Under the pieces are notes generated by a model. That model was not told the DNA's origin and did no database searches. It saw only the letters and a list, made by a program, of their open reading frames with translations. Made by a program: the position numbers and the translations under genes. This document shows positions 23,080 through 33,767 of a DNA stretch of 64,000 nucleotides, piece after piece (the first letter of the stretch is position 1; every line of letters begins with the position of its first letter). The DNA lies in the NCBI GenBank assembly GCA_021155985.1, contig JAJNBA010000005.1, positions 61,855-125,854 on the forward strand, written 5' to 3'. The DNA is from Actinomycetes bacterium. GTDB lineage: Bacteria > Actinomycetota > UBA4738 > HRBIN12.

Positions 23080-24134
23080 CAGCGTCCTCTCTCCGACGCG
23101 AGCGCACGCCACGCATCCAGCGCGACCGCGACGCCGGTGTCGTCGATATCGAGGTGTGTGACCATCCGGATCTGCCCACCCGAATGCGTCACGCCCACCC
23201 CGAGGGCGGCCAGCCGCTCGATGGTCTCGAGCATCGGCATCCCCACGGCTTCGGTGTCGACGAAGACCATGTTCGTTTCAACCTGTTCGAGGTCGACGGA
23301 GCCGGGCAGCGTCTCGGCCACGCCCTCGGCGAGATGGCGGGCGCGTTCGTGGTCCTCGTGGAGGCGCTTCGGGCCCTCCTCGAGGGCGATCAGGCCGGCC
23401 GCGGCGACGATCCCGGCCTGACGCCAGGCGCCGCCGTACAGGATCTTCAGGCGCCGGGCCTCCCGCGCCATGTCCGCCGGCCCGCACAGGACGGAGCCGA
23501 TCGGAGCGCCGAGGCCCTTCGAGAGACAGAACATCACGGTGTCGACCTCGGCGGCGATCTCCGCCGCGTCGTTCTGGCCGGTCGCGGCCGCGTTGAAGAT
23601 CCGAGCCCCGTCGAGGTGGATCGGCACCCCCGCGTCGTTCGCCACCTTCCGAACCGCACGGAGCTCGTCGATCGGCATCACGCGTCCGCCGGCCCCCCCG
23701 ACCGTGTTCTCCACGGACAGGAGGTCGATCACCTCGACGTCGTAGAACTCGTCGGGTTCGAGGAGCTGTGCAGCCTGCTCGGCATCGATCCAGCCACGTG
23801 GGCCGGGATCGATGGTGCGGTAGGCGATGCCTGCCAACGCCGCTGCCGTCATCACCTCGACGCTGGTGACGTGCAGGCCGGCCGCCGCCGCGACGAGGTG
23901 TCCGGGTCCTTCGAAGTGCAGTCGCAGCCCGATCTGGTTCGCCATCGTCCCGGTGGGCACGAACGCGCTGGCTTCCTTGCCGACGGCTTCCGCGCAGCGC
24001 TCCTGGAGCAGGTTCACGGTCGGGTCGTCGTCGTACCAGTCGTCGCCGACCTCGGCCTCGGCCATCGCGCGACGCATCGCCTCGGACGGCTTCGTGACCG
24101 TGTCCGAACGGAGGTCGACCCGGAAGGAGCTCAT
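23079..24134 (-). CDS. ltaE: Low-specificity L-threonine aldolase
   Basis: DLRSDTVTKP, TGTMANQ, HLDGARIFNA, CLSKGLGAPIGS. Confidence 0.9.
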   Translation of the reverse strand: MSSFRVDLRSDTVTKPSEAMRRAMAEAEVGDDWYDDDPTVNLLQERCAEAVGKEASAFVPTGTMANQIGLRLHFEGPGHLVAAAAGLHVTSVEVMTAAALAGIAYRTIDPGPRGWIDAEQAAQLLEPDEFYDVEVIDLLSVENTVGGAGGRVMPIDELRAVRKVANDAGVPIHLDGARIFNAAATGQNDAAEIAAEVDTVMFCLSKGLGAPIGSVLCGPADMAREARRLKILYGGAWRQAGIVAAAGLIALEEGPKRLHEDHERARHLAEGVAETLPGSVDLEQVETNMVFVDTEAVGMPMLETIERLAALGVGVTHSGGQIRMVTHLDIDDTGVAVALDAWRALASERGR

Positions 24135-24183
24135 GGCCGCCGAGTGTATCGGCGGTGCTCAGGCGCCGTCGGCGCGGCCGACC

Positions 24184-25332
24184 TCAGTAGAGGAACATCG
24201 GCTTGCCGTCGACGTGGCGGATCTTCGGGCGATACTCGTCGGCGTCGTAGAGCGCGTCCACGTCGGCTCTCTTGACGCCCTGGCGGACGACCTCGAGCGG
24301 CACGTTCACGTAGCTGCCGTTCCGGAGCGCCACGAGTCGTCCGTGCGTTCCCTCGAGCAACAGATCCGCCGCCATCACCGCGTAGTTGATCGCCACCATC
24401 AGGTCGAGCGAGTCCGGCTGGCCCGAGCGCATCAGATAGCCGATCTGCTGGTAGATGATCCCCTCGCCGGTGATCTCCTTCAGGGCCTCGCCGGTCTGCG
24501 CGCCGATCCCGCCGAGCTTGCGATGGCCGTACGCGTCCGCGGTGCCGCCCATCACCATCTCGCCGCCGACGAAATGCGCGCCCTCCGAGATCGTGGTCAT
24601 CGCGTACCGCGACGGGTTCTTCCTCTTGTCGTCCATCAGGAACGTGGCGAGCTTCTCGACGTCGAACGGGACCTCGCTGATGATGGCGCGGTCCATCCCC
24701 GAGAGGTAGGCGGATACCAGCGAGGTCTCACCGCTGTACCGGCCGAACACCTCGACGACCGCCAGCCGCTCGTGCGACCCGGCGCTCGTGCGGAGCTGGT
24801 GGATGAAGATCACCGTGCGGGTGACCGCCGTGGAGAAGCCGATGCAGTAGTCGGTGCCGTGGACGTCGTTGTCCATCGTCTTCGGGACGGCCACCACGGG
24901 CACGCCCTCGTCGTGGAGCCGGAGCGCGAACGAGAGCGTGTCGTCGCCGCCGATCGGGATCATCGCGTCGATCCCGAGGTGGTCGAGCACCTTCATCACG
25001 TGGGACGTGTGGTCCCTGGCCTCGTCGTTGACTCGACCGGCCTTCAGGAAGTCGGGCTCGTCCGCGGCGCGGACCTTCGCCGGGTTCGTCCGCGACGTGT
25101 GCAGGATCGTGCCCCCGGTCCGGTCGATCGTTCGGACCACGTCGGGATCGAGCCGGACCGTGTGGGTGGCCGTGGAGGCCGGGTCGTCGGGGTCGAGTTC
25201 CAGCATGCCCCCCCAGCCGCGACGGATGCCGACGACATCGTGGCCCTCCTGGACGGCCCGGGTCGTCGCGGCCTTGATGCACGCGTTCAGGCCGGGGACG
25301 TCGCCGCCTCCCGTGAGGATGCCGATGCGCAT
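24184..25332 (-). CDS. 6-phosphofructokinase family, PPi-type signature
   Basis: [22 protein letters not shown]. Confidence 0.88.
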   Translation of the reverse strand: MRIGILTGGGDVPGLNACIKAATTRAVQEGHDVVGIRRGWGGMLELDPDDPASTATHTVRLDPDVVRTIDRTGGTILHTSRTNPAKVRAADEPDFLKAGRVNDEARDHTSHVMKVLDHLGIDAMIPIGGDDTLSFALRLHDEGVPVVAVPKTMDNDVHGTDYCIGFSTAVTRTVIFIHQLRTSAGSHERLAVVEVFGRYSGETSLVSAYLSGMDRAIISEVPFDVEKLATFLMDDKRKNPSRYAMTTISEGAHFVGGEMVMGGTADAYGHRKLGGIGAQTGEALKEITGEGIIYQQIGYLMRSGQPDSLDLMVAINYAVMAADLLLEGTHGRLVALRNGSYVNVPLEVVRQGVKRADVDALYDADEYRPKIRHVDGKPMFLY

Positions 25333-25362
25333 GCGTCGACCCTACAACCGGCCCGCGTCGAC

Positions 25363-26391
25363 CTACCCGAAGAAGACCTCGGCCTCCCGATACAGCTCCA
25401 CCGGGACCAGGTTGCGCTCCGACACCGCCTCGGTGATCGGCACGTCGCGGATGTCCTGGGCCTTCCGCGCGACCATCCGGCCCCAGCCGCCCGCGGCCGC
25501 CAGGTCGGCGGCGGCGACACCGAACCGGGTGGCGAGGACCCGGTCGAACGAGACCGGCGTGCCTCCCCGCTGGACGTGGCCGAGGATCGTGACGCGCGTC
25601 TGGAACCCGGTCCGTTTCTCGATCTCGGGTGCCAGATGATTCGCGAGGCCGCCGAGCCTCGGGAAGCCGTTCTCGTCGAATGGGGCCTCCGGGAGCTCCA
25701 GCGTTCCGTCTGCAGGCACCGCACCCTCGGCGACCACCACGATCGAGAACGAGCTGCGGCTGGCGTGACGGTGGCGCAGGTGGTCGCAGATCCCGTCGAT
25801 GTCGAAGGGCTGCTCGGGGATCAGGATCGTGTCGGCTCCCCCGGCCATCCCCGCGTAGACGGCGATCCAGCCGGCGTACCGGCCCATGACCTCGACCAGC
25901 ATCACCCGGTCGTGGCTCTCCGCGGTGGTGTGGAGCCGATCGATCGCGTCCGTGGCGACCTGGACCGCCGTGTGGAACCCGACCGTGACGTCGGTCCCCG
26001 CGAGGTCGTTGTCGATCGTCTTCGGGATCCCCACGATGCGCACGCCCTCGTCCGCGAGCCGGACCGCGGCGCCGAGCGTCCCCTCGCCGCCGATCACGAT
26101 CAACCCGTCCAGCTCGTGCTCGGCGATGGTCGCGACGACGGTGGCGGGACCATCCTCGTGGCGGTAGGGGTTCGCGCCAGAGGAGCCGAGGATCGTCCCC
26201 CCGCGCGGCAAGATGCCGGTCGTGTCGGCGATCCCGAGCGGCTGGGTCGCGCCGTCGAGGACGCCACGCCACCCGTCCTGGAACCCAACGAACGCCATGC
26301 CGTGGAACCGGATGCCGCGGCGGACCACCGCCCGGATCACGGCGTTCAGTCCCGGGCAATCGCCTCCGCCGGTGAGGATCCCGAGGCGCAT
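25363..26391 (-). CDS. pfkA: ATP-dependent 6-phosphofructokinase
   Basis: TGGGDCPGLN, GGEGT, PKTIDND, EVMGR, GHVQRGG. Confidence 0.92.
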   Translation of the reverse strand: MRLGILTGGGDCPGLNAVIRAVVRRGIRFHGMAFVGFQDGWRGVLDGATQPLGIADTTGILPRGGTILGSSGANPYRHEDGPATVVATIAEHELDGLIVIGGEGTLGAAVRLADEGVRIVGIPKTIDNDLAGTDVTVGFHTAVQVATDAIDRLHTTAESHDRVMLVEVMGRYAGWIAVYAGMAGGADTILIPEQPFDIDGICDHLRHRHASRSSFSIVVVAEGAVPADGTLELPEAPFDENGFPRLGGLANHLAPEIEKRTGFQTRVTILGHVQRGGTPVSFDRVLATRFGVAAADLAAAGGWGRMVARKAQDIRDVPITEAVSERNLVPVELYREAEVFFG

Positions 26392-26443
26392 CGCGCCACC
26401 CTACCGAAGCGTTCCCCCGAACCCCCGCCGGTAGGATGCACAC

Positions 26444-26590
26444 GTGCTCGCGATCAACGGGTTCCTCGAGTGGTTCTTCCTCGGGCTGCTGTCCCTCCTG
26501 GTGGTGGCGGTCACCCTCTTCGGGTTGTACATGGCGCTCCAGCTCTTCAGGAACCCCGGGCGCTCGCCCCGTCCTCCCGGCTCGCTGTGA
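26444..26590 (+). CDS. 48-aa single-TM small protein (absent from the ORF track)
   Basis: MLAINGFLEWFFLGLLSLLVVAVTLFGLYMALQLFRNPGRSPRPPGSL; TAGGAT -10 six nt before GTG; GC-rich third positions. Confidence 0.65.
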   Translation: MLAINGFLEWFFLGLLSLLVVAVTLFGLYMALQLFRNPGRSPRPPGSL

Positions 26591-27251
26591 GCCCGAGGTC
26601 CGCCACGACCATCAGATGGTCGGAGGCGGTGCCCCCCGCGGTCCACGCGCGGAGCGGCCGGAACGCTCGCCCCGCGAACAGGTAGTCGATCCGCGCCGTG
26701 GGCGCGTGGGAGGGATACGTCGCGCCGGAGCCCTCGCCCGCGGCCTCCCAACAGTCCGGGGCGAGGCCGGCGAGCGACGACGGACCAGGCTGGCCCGGGA
26801 GGGCGTTCAGGTCTCCCCCCACGACGAAGGTGGCGGCCGATCCCTCGAGCATCGCCAACAGCTGTTCGACGTGCTGCGCGCGTTCGCTCCTGTCCAAGCC
26901 GAGATGCACCGACAGCACGGAGAGGCGGGGGTCGGCGTCGGCGAGCATCGCACCTCGCGGATACAGGAGGGAGCCCCCCGAGAACCGACGGAGACGGTGG
27001 GAGACCGTGGCGGCCAGCCCTCGCCGGATGAGGACCGCGTTCTGGATCCTTCGGCGTGGGAACGCCCATGGGTCGGCACACACCAGCATGCCGAGGCGCT
27101 CGCCGACGGTCCGGAGGCGCCGGCGAGGACCGGACTCCTGCAGCAGCACGATGTCGGTCTGCTCGGCCCGGATCACGTGAGCGATCTCGTCCACGCCGGC
27201 GCGCATCCCGTGGACGTTCCAGGTGCCGACGCGGAGCGTGTCGCCGTTCAC
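26547..27251 (-). CDS. Endonuclease/exonuclease/phosphatase family protein
   Basis: TWNV, LLQE, GGDLN, TYP..RIDY, SDH. Confidence 0.88.
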   Translation of the reverse strand: MNGDTLRVGTWNVHGMRAGVDEIAHVIRAEQTDIVLLQESGPRRRLRTVGERLGMLVCADPWAFPRRRIQNAVLIRRGLAATVSHRLRRFSGGSLLYPRGAMLADADPRLSVLSVHLGLDRSERAQHVEQLLAMLEGSAATFVVGGDLNALPGQPGPSSLAGLAPDCWEAAGEGSGATYPSHAPTARIDYLFAGRAFRPLRAWTAGGTASDHLMVVADLGLTASREDGASARGS

Positions 27252-28186
27252 GACGGGACGATCTCGGTGCCCGCCTCGCCGCGGAGCACCGCCGGCGCCT
27301 CGTCGAGGTCACCGATCATCACGCGGGTCCCGCCGGCCTCGAGGAAGTCGATCGCGGCCTGGACCTTCGGTCCCATCGAGCCGGCGCCGAACTCCCCACG
27401 TTTCAGCAGGTCCGCGGCCTCGTCGGCGGTCATGCGATCGATCGCGTCCGGATAGAGCGTGCCGAACCCTCGCTGGACCTTCTGCACGTCGGTGAGGATC
27501 AGCAGCGTGCTCGCCTCCACCTCGGCGGCGAGGATCGCGGCCGCCAGGTCCTTGTCGACCACGCCTTCCTTGCCGATCAGACGTGGCCCCTTCTCGATCA
27601 CGGGTACCCCTCCCCCACCGCCGGCGATCACGATCACCCCGTCGGCGACCAATCGCTTCACGATCGGCGTCTCGACGATCGAGTAGGGACGCGGGGACGG
27701 CACGACCCGACGCCACCCACCGTGCGGGTCCTCCTTCATCACCCAGTGGCGTTGCTCCTCGAGCCTGTGTGCCTGGGCCGCGGTGTAGAAGGGACCGATG
27801 AACTTCGATGGCTTCCGGAAGGCCGGGTCCTGCGGTCGGACCCGCGTCAGCGTGAGCACCGTGGCGACCGGGCGCTCCATCCCTCGCTCGAAGAAGACGT
27901 CGCCGATCGTCACCTGGAGCAGGTAGCCGATCAGCCCCTGACTCTCGGCGCCACAGACGTCCAGTGGCATCGGGGACACCGTCTTGGCCGCGGCCTCCTG
28001 CTGGATCAGGATGCGTCCCACCTGCGGGCCGTTGCCGTGCGTGACGACGACCTCCCACCCCTCGGCAGCGATCTCGGCGATCCGCTCCGCGGCGGTGCGG
28101 GCCGCCCGATACAGCTCCTCGAACGTGTCGTCGGCACCGCGTCGGAGCAGCGCGTTGCCGCCGAGCGCGACGACGACGCGTTCCAT
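27248..28186 (-). CDS. arcC: Carbamate kinase
   Basis: ALGGNAL, THGNGPQVG, KFIGPFY, GWRRVVPSP, GGGGVPV, VVDKD, GSMGPK. Confidence 0.95.
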   Translation of the reverse strand: MERVVVALGGNALLRRGADDTFEELYRAARTAAERIAEIAAEGWEVVVTHGNGPQVGRILIQQEAAAKTVSPMPLDVCGAESQGLIGYLLQVTIGDVFFERGMERPVATVLTLTRVRPQDPAFRKPSKFIGPFYTAAQAHRLEEQRHWVMKEDPHGGWRRVVPSPRPYSIVETPIVKRLVADGVIVIAGGGGGVPVIEKGPRLIGKEGVVDKDLAAAILAAEVEASTLLILTDVQKVQRGFGTLYPDAIDRMTADEAADLLKRGEFGAGSMGPKVQAAIDFLEAGGTRVMIGDLDEAPAVLRGEAGTEIVPS

Positions 28187-28229
28187 GTTCGGCGGCTCCC
28201 TTCACCTGCTTCGCTCGGGGCGGAGTCTG

Positions 28230-29540
28230 TTACACGACCGGCCGCAGCACGTCGAGCAGCTGCGGCGATTCCGGAAGCACGTCGAGGTCGTACCGCACCC
28301 GAACGGCGGGCTTGCGGATGTCGATCACATGACGGAGGTCGATCGGCGTCCCGATCACCACCAGGTCGGCGTTCGCTGCGTCGATGATCTTCGCCATCTC
28401 GTCGAGCTGACCCTGGCTGTAGCCCATCGCGGGCAGGACCGCTCCCACGTCGTATCTCTCGAACGTCTCGGCGATCGTCCCCACCGCCCACGGCCGCGGA
28501 TCCACGATCTCGGCGGCGCCGGAGCGCTGCGCCGCCACCACACCGGCGCCGATCTTCATCTCCCCGTGCGTGAGCGTCGGACCGTCCTCGACCACGAGCA
28601 CCCGTTTCCCGGCGATCGCAGCGGGATCGTCCACCGTCACCCTCGAGTTGGCCTTCACCACGGTGGCCATCGGATTCGTCTGCGCGATCGTCTCCTCGAG
28701 CCGCGCGACCTGTTCCGGCGTCGATGAATCCATCTTGTTGATCAGGATCACGTCGGCCCGGCGGAGGTTGGCCTCGCCGGGGTGATACCTCGTCTCGTGG
28801 CCCACCCGGAGAGGATCGACGAGCGCGATGTGAACGTCCGGCAGGTAGAAGGGAAGATCGTTGTTCCCTCCGTCCCACAGGAGCACGTCGCCCTCGGACT
28901 GTGCCTGCTCGAGGATCGCGGCGTAGTCGACGCCCGCGTAGATCACGGTTCCCGTGGTGATGTGTGGCTCGTACTCCTCACGCTCCTCGATCGTGCAGTG
29001 GTGGCGATCGAGATCCTCGAGCTCCGCGAACCGTTGGACGCGCTGCGCCGTGAGGTCGCCGTACGGCATCGGATGGCGCACCGCGACCACCTTCTTGCCG
29101 GCCTCCTTCAGGGTCGCTGCGACCGCGCGGGTCGTCTGCGACTTCCCGACGCCGGTGCGGACGGCCGTCACGGCCACGGTGGGGATGGCAGGCTTCAGCA
29201 TCGTGGCGTCCGGCCCCAGCAGCAGGAAGTTCGCTCCGGCCGCGAGCGCCTCGCTCGCCTTGTGCATGACGTGCTCGTGCGAGACGTCGGAGTAGGCGAA
29301 CACCACGTCGTCCACCTTGAGCTGGCGGATCAGCCGTGAGAGCTCGTCCTCCTCGTGGATCCGGATCCCGTCCGGGTAGCGCTCCCCGGCGAGCTTCGCG
29401 GGATAGGTCCGGTCGTCGATGTACGGGATCTGCGTCGCGGTGAACGCGACGACCTCGGTGGAGGGGTCGTCGCGGAAGACGACGTTGAAATTGTGGAAGT
29501 CGCGGCCGGCGGCTCCCATGATCAGGACACGACGCGACAT
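28230..29540 (-). CDS. COG2403 / cyclic-2,3-DPG-synthase-like P-loop protein, probable arginine synthetase (ArcE)
   Basis: MGAAGRDFHNFN, AVRTGVGKS, RHPMPYGDL, EEREEYEPH, WDGGNND, EDGPTLTHG; directly upstream of arcC. Confidence 0.8.
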   Translation of the reverse strand: MSRRVLIMGAAGRDFHNFNVVFRDDPSTEVVAFTATQIPYIDDRTYPAKLAGERYPDGIRIHEEDELSRLIRQLKVDDVVFAYSDVSHEHVMHKASEALAAGANFLLLGPDATMLKPAIPTVAVTAVRTGVGKSQTTRAVAATLKEAGKKVVAVRHPMPYGDLTAQRVQRFAELEDLDRHHCTIEEREEYEPHITTGTVIYAGVDYAAILEQAQSEGDVLLWDGGNNDLPFYLPDVHIALVDPLRVGHETRYHPGEANLRRADVILINKMDSSTPEQVARLEETIAQTNPMATVVKANSRVTVDDPAAIAGKRVLVVEDGPTLTHGEMKIGAGVVAAQRSGAAEIVDPRPWAVGTIAETFERYDVGAVLPAMGYSQGQLDEMAKIIDAANADLVVIGTPIDLRHVIDIRKPAVRVRYDLDVLPESPQLLDVLRPVV

Positions 29541-29660
29541 GCCGAGGTCCTTTCAGGAGAGGGTGGTGTGATGCGCGGGCAGATGCGCGAGGCGCCCGCT
29601 CTTCGGGAACGACTGTAGTCCAACGCGGGCCCGGACGACCTGGCCTAGACTCCTGCCCTC

Positions 29661-31368
29661 GTGGAGGAGGAACGGCCGGAGACAGGATCACCGGTGGGCG
29701 CGTTCTCGCCGACGCGCGGACGTCGTTCGCAGCGCTCGGCCGGTCGTTCCGGTCCCCCGATATCGCGAAGGCGCTGGCGGCCTACCTCGCGTTCACGATC
29801 ACCGAATGGGCGGCGTTCATCGCGCTGATCGTCTACGCGTACGAGGACGGCGGCAGCGTCATGGTCGGTCTGGCGAGCCCCTTGCAACTGATCCCCGCCG
29901 CGCTCATCGCACCGGTGGGGTCGGTCCTCGGAGATCGGCACCGCCGCGAGCGGGTGTTGCTGTACGCCTATGCCTCGCTCAGCGCGACGACGACGCTGGC
30001 CGCCGTCGCATTGCTCACCACCGCTCCGGCCCCGCTCGTCTACGCGTCGGCCACGACCGCGGGGTGGATGATCACGCTCGTCCGTCCCACGCATGCCTCC
30101 CTCCTCCCGCGGGTGGCTCGCACGCCGGAGGAGCTCTCGAGCGCCTTCGCTGCGAGCAGCCTCCTCGAGAGCTTCAGCATCCTCCTCGGCCCACTCCTCG
30201 CCGGTGGACTGATGGCGCTGGCGCCGGGTTCTCTTTCGCGATCCCGCGTGGTGGATGCCGCCCTCGCCGCGATGCTCTTCCTGGGCACCGTGAGCGTGGC
30301 TTCGATCCGGGTACGCACGGAGCCCGCGAAGGAGGGAGGGACGTCCGGCGTCCGGGTCGTCGCATCCGATGCCGTCGAGGGCGTCCGGGCGGTGGCCCAG
30401 GATCGCCGTTCGCTGCTCCTGATGGCGACGGTGGGGCTCTCGATGGTCCAGCTCGGGTTCGTCGACGTGTTGATCGTGGTCCTCGCCGTCGACTCGTCGG
30501 CACGGGCGACGCCGGCGTCGGCTTCCTTACCGCCTCGATCGGCGTCGGCGCCGTCGTGGGAGCGACGCTCGCGGTCGGCCTCGCGGCGCGGTGGCGGGCA
30601 TCCCGATCGTTCCGGTGGGGGGTCTCGTGGAGCGGACTCTCGATCGCCGGGATCGCCGCGCATCCGGCTCTGGCGGGCTTCTTCCTGGCGATGAGCGGGG
30701 TGGGAGGCGCGCTCGCCGATGTCAACGGGCGGGTGATGCTTCAGCGATTGATCCTGGACAAGCAGCTGTCACGCGCGTTCGGGGTTCTGGAGTCGGTCTA
30801 CATGGCCGGCGAGGGTCTCGGCTCCTTCCTCGCGTCGCTCATCATCGTCGCGATCGGGCCTCGATGGACCTTGTTGATCGCCGGCGTCCTCCTGCCGGCC
30901 GTCGCCCTGCTGGGTCGCCGAGCCCTCATCGCGCTCGACGTCGGGATCCGGATCCCCTCGGAAGAGATGGCGCTCCTGCGATCGACGCGGTTCTTCACCC
31001 CGCTCCCCACGCCGATGCTCGAACGACTGGCGAGGAACCTCGTCCCGATCCACGTGCCGGATGGATCCGTCGTGATCACGCAGGGCGACGCGGGCGATCG
31101 CCTACGCGATCGTCGAAGGCGCGGTGGAGGTTCTCGAGGGTGGTCGGCGGATCGGGACGCTGGGGCCGGGCGGATCGTTCGGAGAGATCGCCCTGATCCG
31201 CGATGTCCCCCGGACCGCGACCGTGATCGCCACGACCGAGAGCAAACTCCTGGCGCTCGATCGGGACGAGTTCCTCCGGGCCATCACCGGTCAGAGGCGG
31301 CATCGGAGGAGGCCGACGGACTGGTGACGGAGCGGCTCGACGAACTGGAGGCGACCCGCGAACCGTAA
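29661..31368 (+). pseudogene. MFS transporter with C-terminal cNMP-binding domain, multiple frameshifts (or sequencing errors)
   Basis: MFS TMs and GDR..RERV motif, FGEIAL..PRTATV cNMP motif, split across frames near 29697, 30492, 31101 and 31293. Confidence 0.75.
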
Positions 31369-31378
31369 CCGAGGGAGA

Positions 31379-32200
31379 TCAGATCGGGGACCAGCCGGCC
31401 GCCGCCACGTGCCCGAAGGGACGGCCGAAGTGCCCGACGCAGACCGTCCATCCTTCCCTGTCCGCGGCGTCGATCCAGAGCGCGCGATGCTCTGCCGCGA
31501 GCTCGGGATCCTCGTCGTGGTTCGACCGCCACGTGGGATGGACCACCTGAGGCGTCGTGTGGAGGAGGTCGCCGACGAGCAGCAAGGTGGCGTCCGCTTG
31601 CTCCAGCTGGACCACCCGGTGCCCCGGCGTGTGCCCGGGTGCGTGCCGCAGGGAGAGCCCCGGCATGACCTCGTGATCCGTCGGGTCGAGGTCGAGCATG
31701 CCGAGCCCCTCGAGGCCGGCCATCGCGAAACGGCCCGTGAAGTCCTTCGGCGTCCGGTGGGTAGCGAAGAACGTCCAGTCCTCCGGATGCACGTGGTACC
31801 GAGCGTTCGGGAACAGCGGACTGCCGTCGCCCGCGCACGCGCCGCCCGCATGGTCGCCGTGCAGGTGCGTGAGGATCACGTGCTGCACGCTGTCCGGAGA
31901 GACCTCGATCGCGGCGAGCTCATCCTCGAGCCGCCCCGCGACGTCGAAGGGTGGTCGGCCGAGGCCGCCGATCCCCGTATCGACGAGCACCGGGCCATCC
32001 GGGTGGCGGATCAGGAAGGCGTGGACGTGCCACGCCCAGCTCTTCGCGTCGTCGGGAGGGAACGCCCACGGGAACCGGGAGCGGTGTTCTCCCCAGTCGA
32101 CGTCGTGGCCGGGCGCCTCGTCGTCGAGCGGCAGAGGCGCCCATCCATCGCAGAGGGGCACGACCTCGAACGATCCGAGCGTGAACGGCTCGTGCGGCAC
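31379..32200 (-). CDS. MBL-fold metallo-hydrolase
   Basis: THLHGDH, PGHTPGH, GDLLH, GHF. Confidence 0.9.
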   Translation of the reverse strand: MPHEPFTLGSFEVVPLCDGWAPLPLDDEAPGHDVDWGEHRSRFPWAFPPDDAKSWAWHVHAFLIRHPDGPVLVDTGIGGLGRPPFDVAGRLEDELAAIEVSPDSVQHVILTHLHGDHAGGACAGDGSPLFPNARYHVHPEDWTFFATHRTPKDFTGRFAMAGLEGLGMLDLDPTDHEVMPGLSLRHAPGHTPGHRVVQLEQADATLLLVGDLLHTTPQVVHPTWRSNHDEDPELAAEHRALWIDAADREGWTVCVGHFGRPFGHVAAAGWSPI

Positions 32201-32209
32201 CCCACGAGC

Positions 32210-32791
32210 CTAGCGGCGAGGCGCGCGCTCGACGTCGGCCGGCTCGTCGATATCCACCAGGGTCCGACGCCCCGGATCGAGGGCGGCCCAGGAAGGCTCG
32301 TCCACCACCACGGTCCGGACGGCCGAGAGGAGATCCCGGAGCCTTCGCCGTCCACTCCCGAGGAGGACCGCGACGGCATCCGCGGCCGGCTCGGTCCGCA
32401 CGACGCAGGGAAGCGGCCTGGCGTCCCCGCCATCGGAGAGGATGACCGCCACGGCGCCGGTCTCCCGGCCTGCCCGGAGCATCTCCCGGAGCACGGGCGG
32501 TTGGAGGTCCGGCATGTCGCCGCCCGCCACGATCGCCCACGTCGCATCGGCGATCTCGAGCCCCGCAGCCAACCCGCGGAGCGGGCCCTCGTCGGCGGTC
32601 GAGTCACGAGCGAAGGTGACGGAGGCACCGGCGGGCATGGACGGTTCCTCGATCTGGGGGCCGATCACCACGACGACGCGATCGCAGATGTCGAGGAGTC
32701 GGAGGACCGGATGGTGGAGCAACGGCCGACCGTCGATCTCCTCGGCGAGCTTGTCGCGGCCGAACCGTCGGGAGCGGCCTCCCGCGAGCAC
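32210..32791 (-). CDS. mobA: Molybdenum cofactor guanylyltransferase
   Basis: LAGGRSRRFG.DK, GPLRGL, GDMP, DIDEPAD; true start may be upstream (in-frame ACG at 32824). Confidence 0.85.
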   Translation of the reverse strand: MLAGGRSRRFGRDKLAEEIDGRPLLHHPVLRLLDICDRVVVVIGPQIEEPSMPAGASVTFARDSTADEGPLRGLAAGLEIADATWAIVAGGDMPDLQPPVLREMLRAGRETGAVAVILSDGGDARPLPCVVRTEPAADAVAVLLGSGRRRLRDLLSAVRTVVVDEPSWAALDPGRRTLVDIDEPADVERAPRR

Positions 32792-32804
32792 GATCCCGGC
32801 GACG

Positions 32805-33767
32805 CTATCTCGGTCGTCGGTCGTCGCGACCCCTCCGACTCTGCACGTAGGAGAACCCGAACCGCCCCTTGATGCAGAGGTGGCCGCTCGTCACCGAGTG
32901 GTCCTCCGGCGACGATACCTTGACGATCTCGTTGTCTTGGACGTGCACTTCCAGCTCGCACCCCACGCCGCAGTACGGGCAGATCGTGTTCGTAACGGTC
33001 TGCGCGTCCTCGTCCCACGTCTCCTCCGCTCGCATGTCGTGCTCGGACTTGAACATCAGGGCACCGGTGGGACAGACACCGATGCAGTTCCCGCAGTACA
33101 CGCATGCGGACTCGTCCAGCGGCACGGCGAACTCCGTGGAGATCCTCGCGTCGAAGCCGCGACCTGCCACCGCGATCGCGAACGTGTTCTGCGCATCGAC
33201 CCCGCACGCTTCGACGCACTTGTAGCAGAGGACGCACCGCTCATAGTCGCGGACGTACAGCTCGTTGTCCACCTTCACGGGCTGGGCGACGGTCTCCGCG
33301 ATCGTCGGGTCGGGGTCATGATGGTGACCGGCCCACCGCTCGTCGCGCTCGCCGGTCTCCATCGGTTCCATCGCGGCCCCGTAGCGCGACGGATCCGCTC
33401 CGTACTCCCCCATCCATCGGAGCCAGTCGGTGGAGGCGAGGCTCGTGTCCACGCTCGAGGCGAGGAACTCCATCACGAGCTTCCGCGAATGGCGCACGCG
33501 CTCGGTATCGGTCTGCACCTTCATCCCGTCCTCGACGGGCCGGGAGCACGCCGGGACCAACACGCGCGAGCCCTCTACCTCGACCATGCAGACCCGGCAG
33601 GCGTTGACCGGCGTGAGGTTGCCCGCGTAGCACATCGTCGGTGTATCCACGCCCTCCGCCCGGCAGGCGTCCAGGATCGTCGCACCTTCGGGGGCCCGCG
33701 TCGTTCGACCGTCGATCTCCAGGTCGAGGAGCCGCCGGGGCCGGTCGAGCGGCACGGCCTGGCTCAC
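32805..33767 (-). CDS. Formate dehydrogenase Fe-S subunit (NuoG/FdsA N-terminal module)
   Basis: 2Fe-2S Cys set (C..CRVC..C), CVLCYKCVEAC, CVYCGNCIGVCP, C-terminal CPYCGVGC...CIKG; GTGA overlap. Confidence 0.9.
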   Translation of the reverse strand: MSQAVPLDRPRRLLDLEIDGRTTRAPEGATILDACRAEGVDTPTMCYAGNLTPVNACRVCMVEVEGSRVLVPACSRPVEDGMKVQTDTERVRHSRKLVMEFLASSVDTSLASTDWLRWMGEYGADPSRYGAAMEPMETGERDERWAGHHHDPDPTIAETVAQPVKVDNELYVRDYERCVLCYKCVEACGVDAQNTFAIAVAGRGFDARISTEFAVPLDESACVYCGNCIGVCPTGALMFKSEHDMRAEETWDEDAQTVTNTICPYCGVGCELEVHVQDNEIVKVSSPEDHSVTSGHLCIKGRFGFSYVQSRRGRDDRRPR

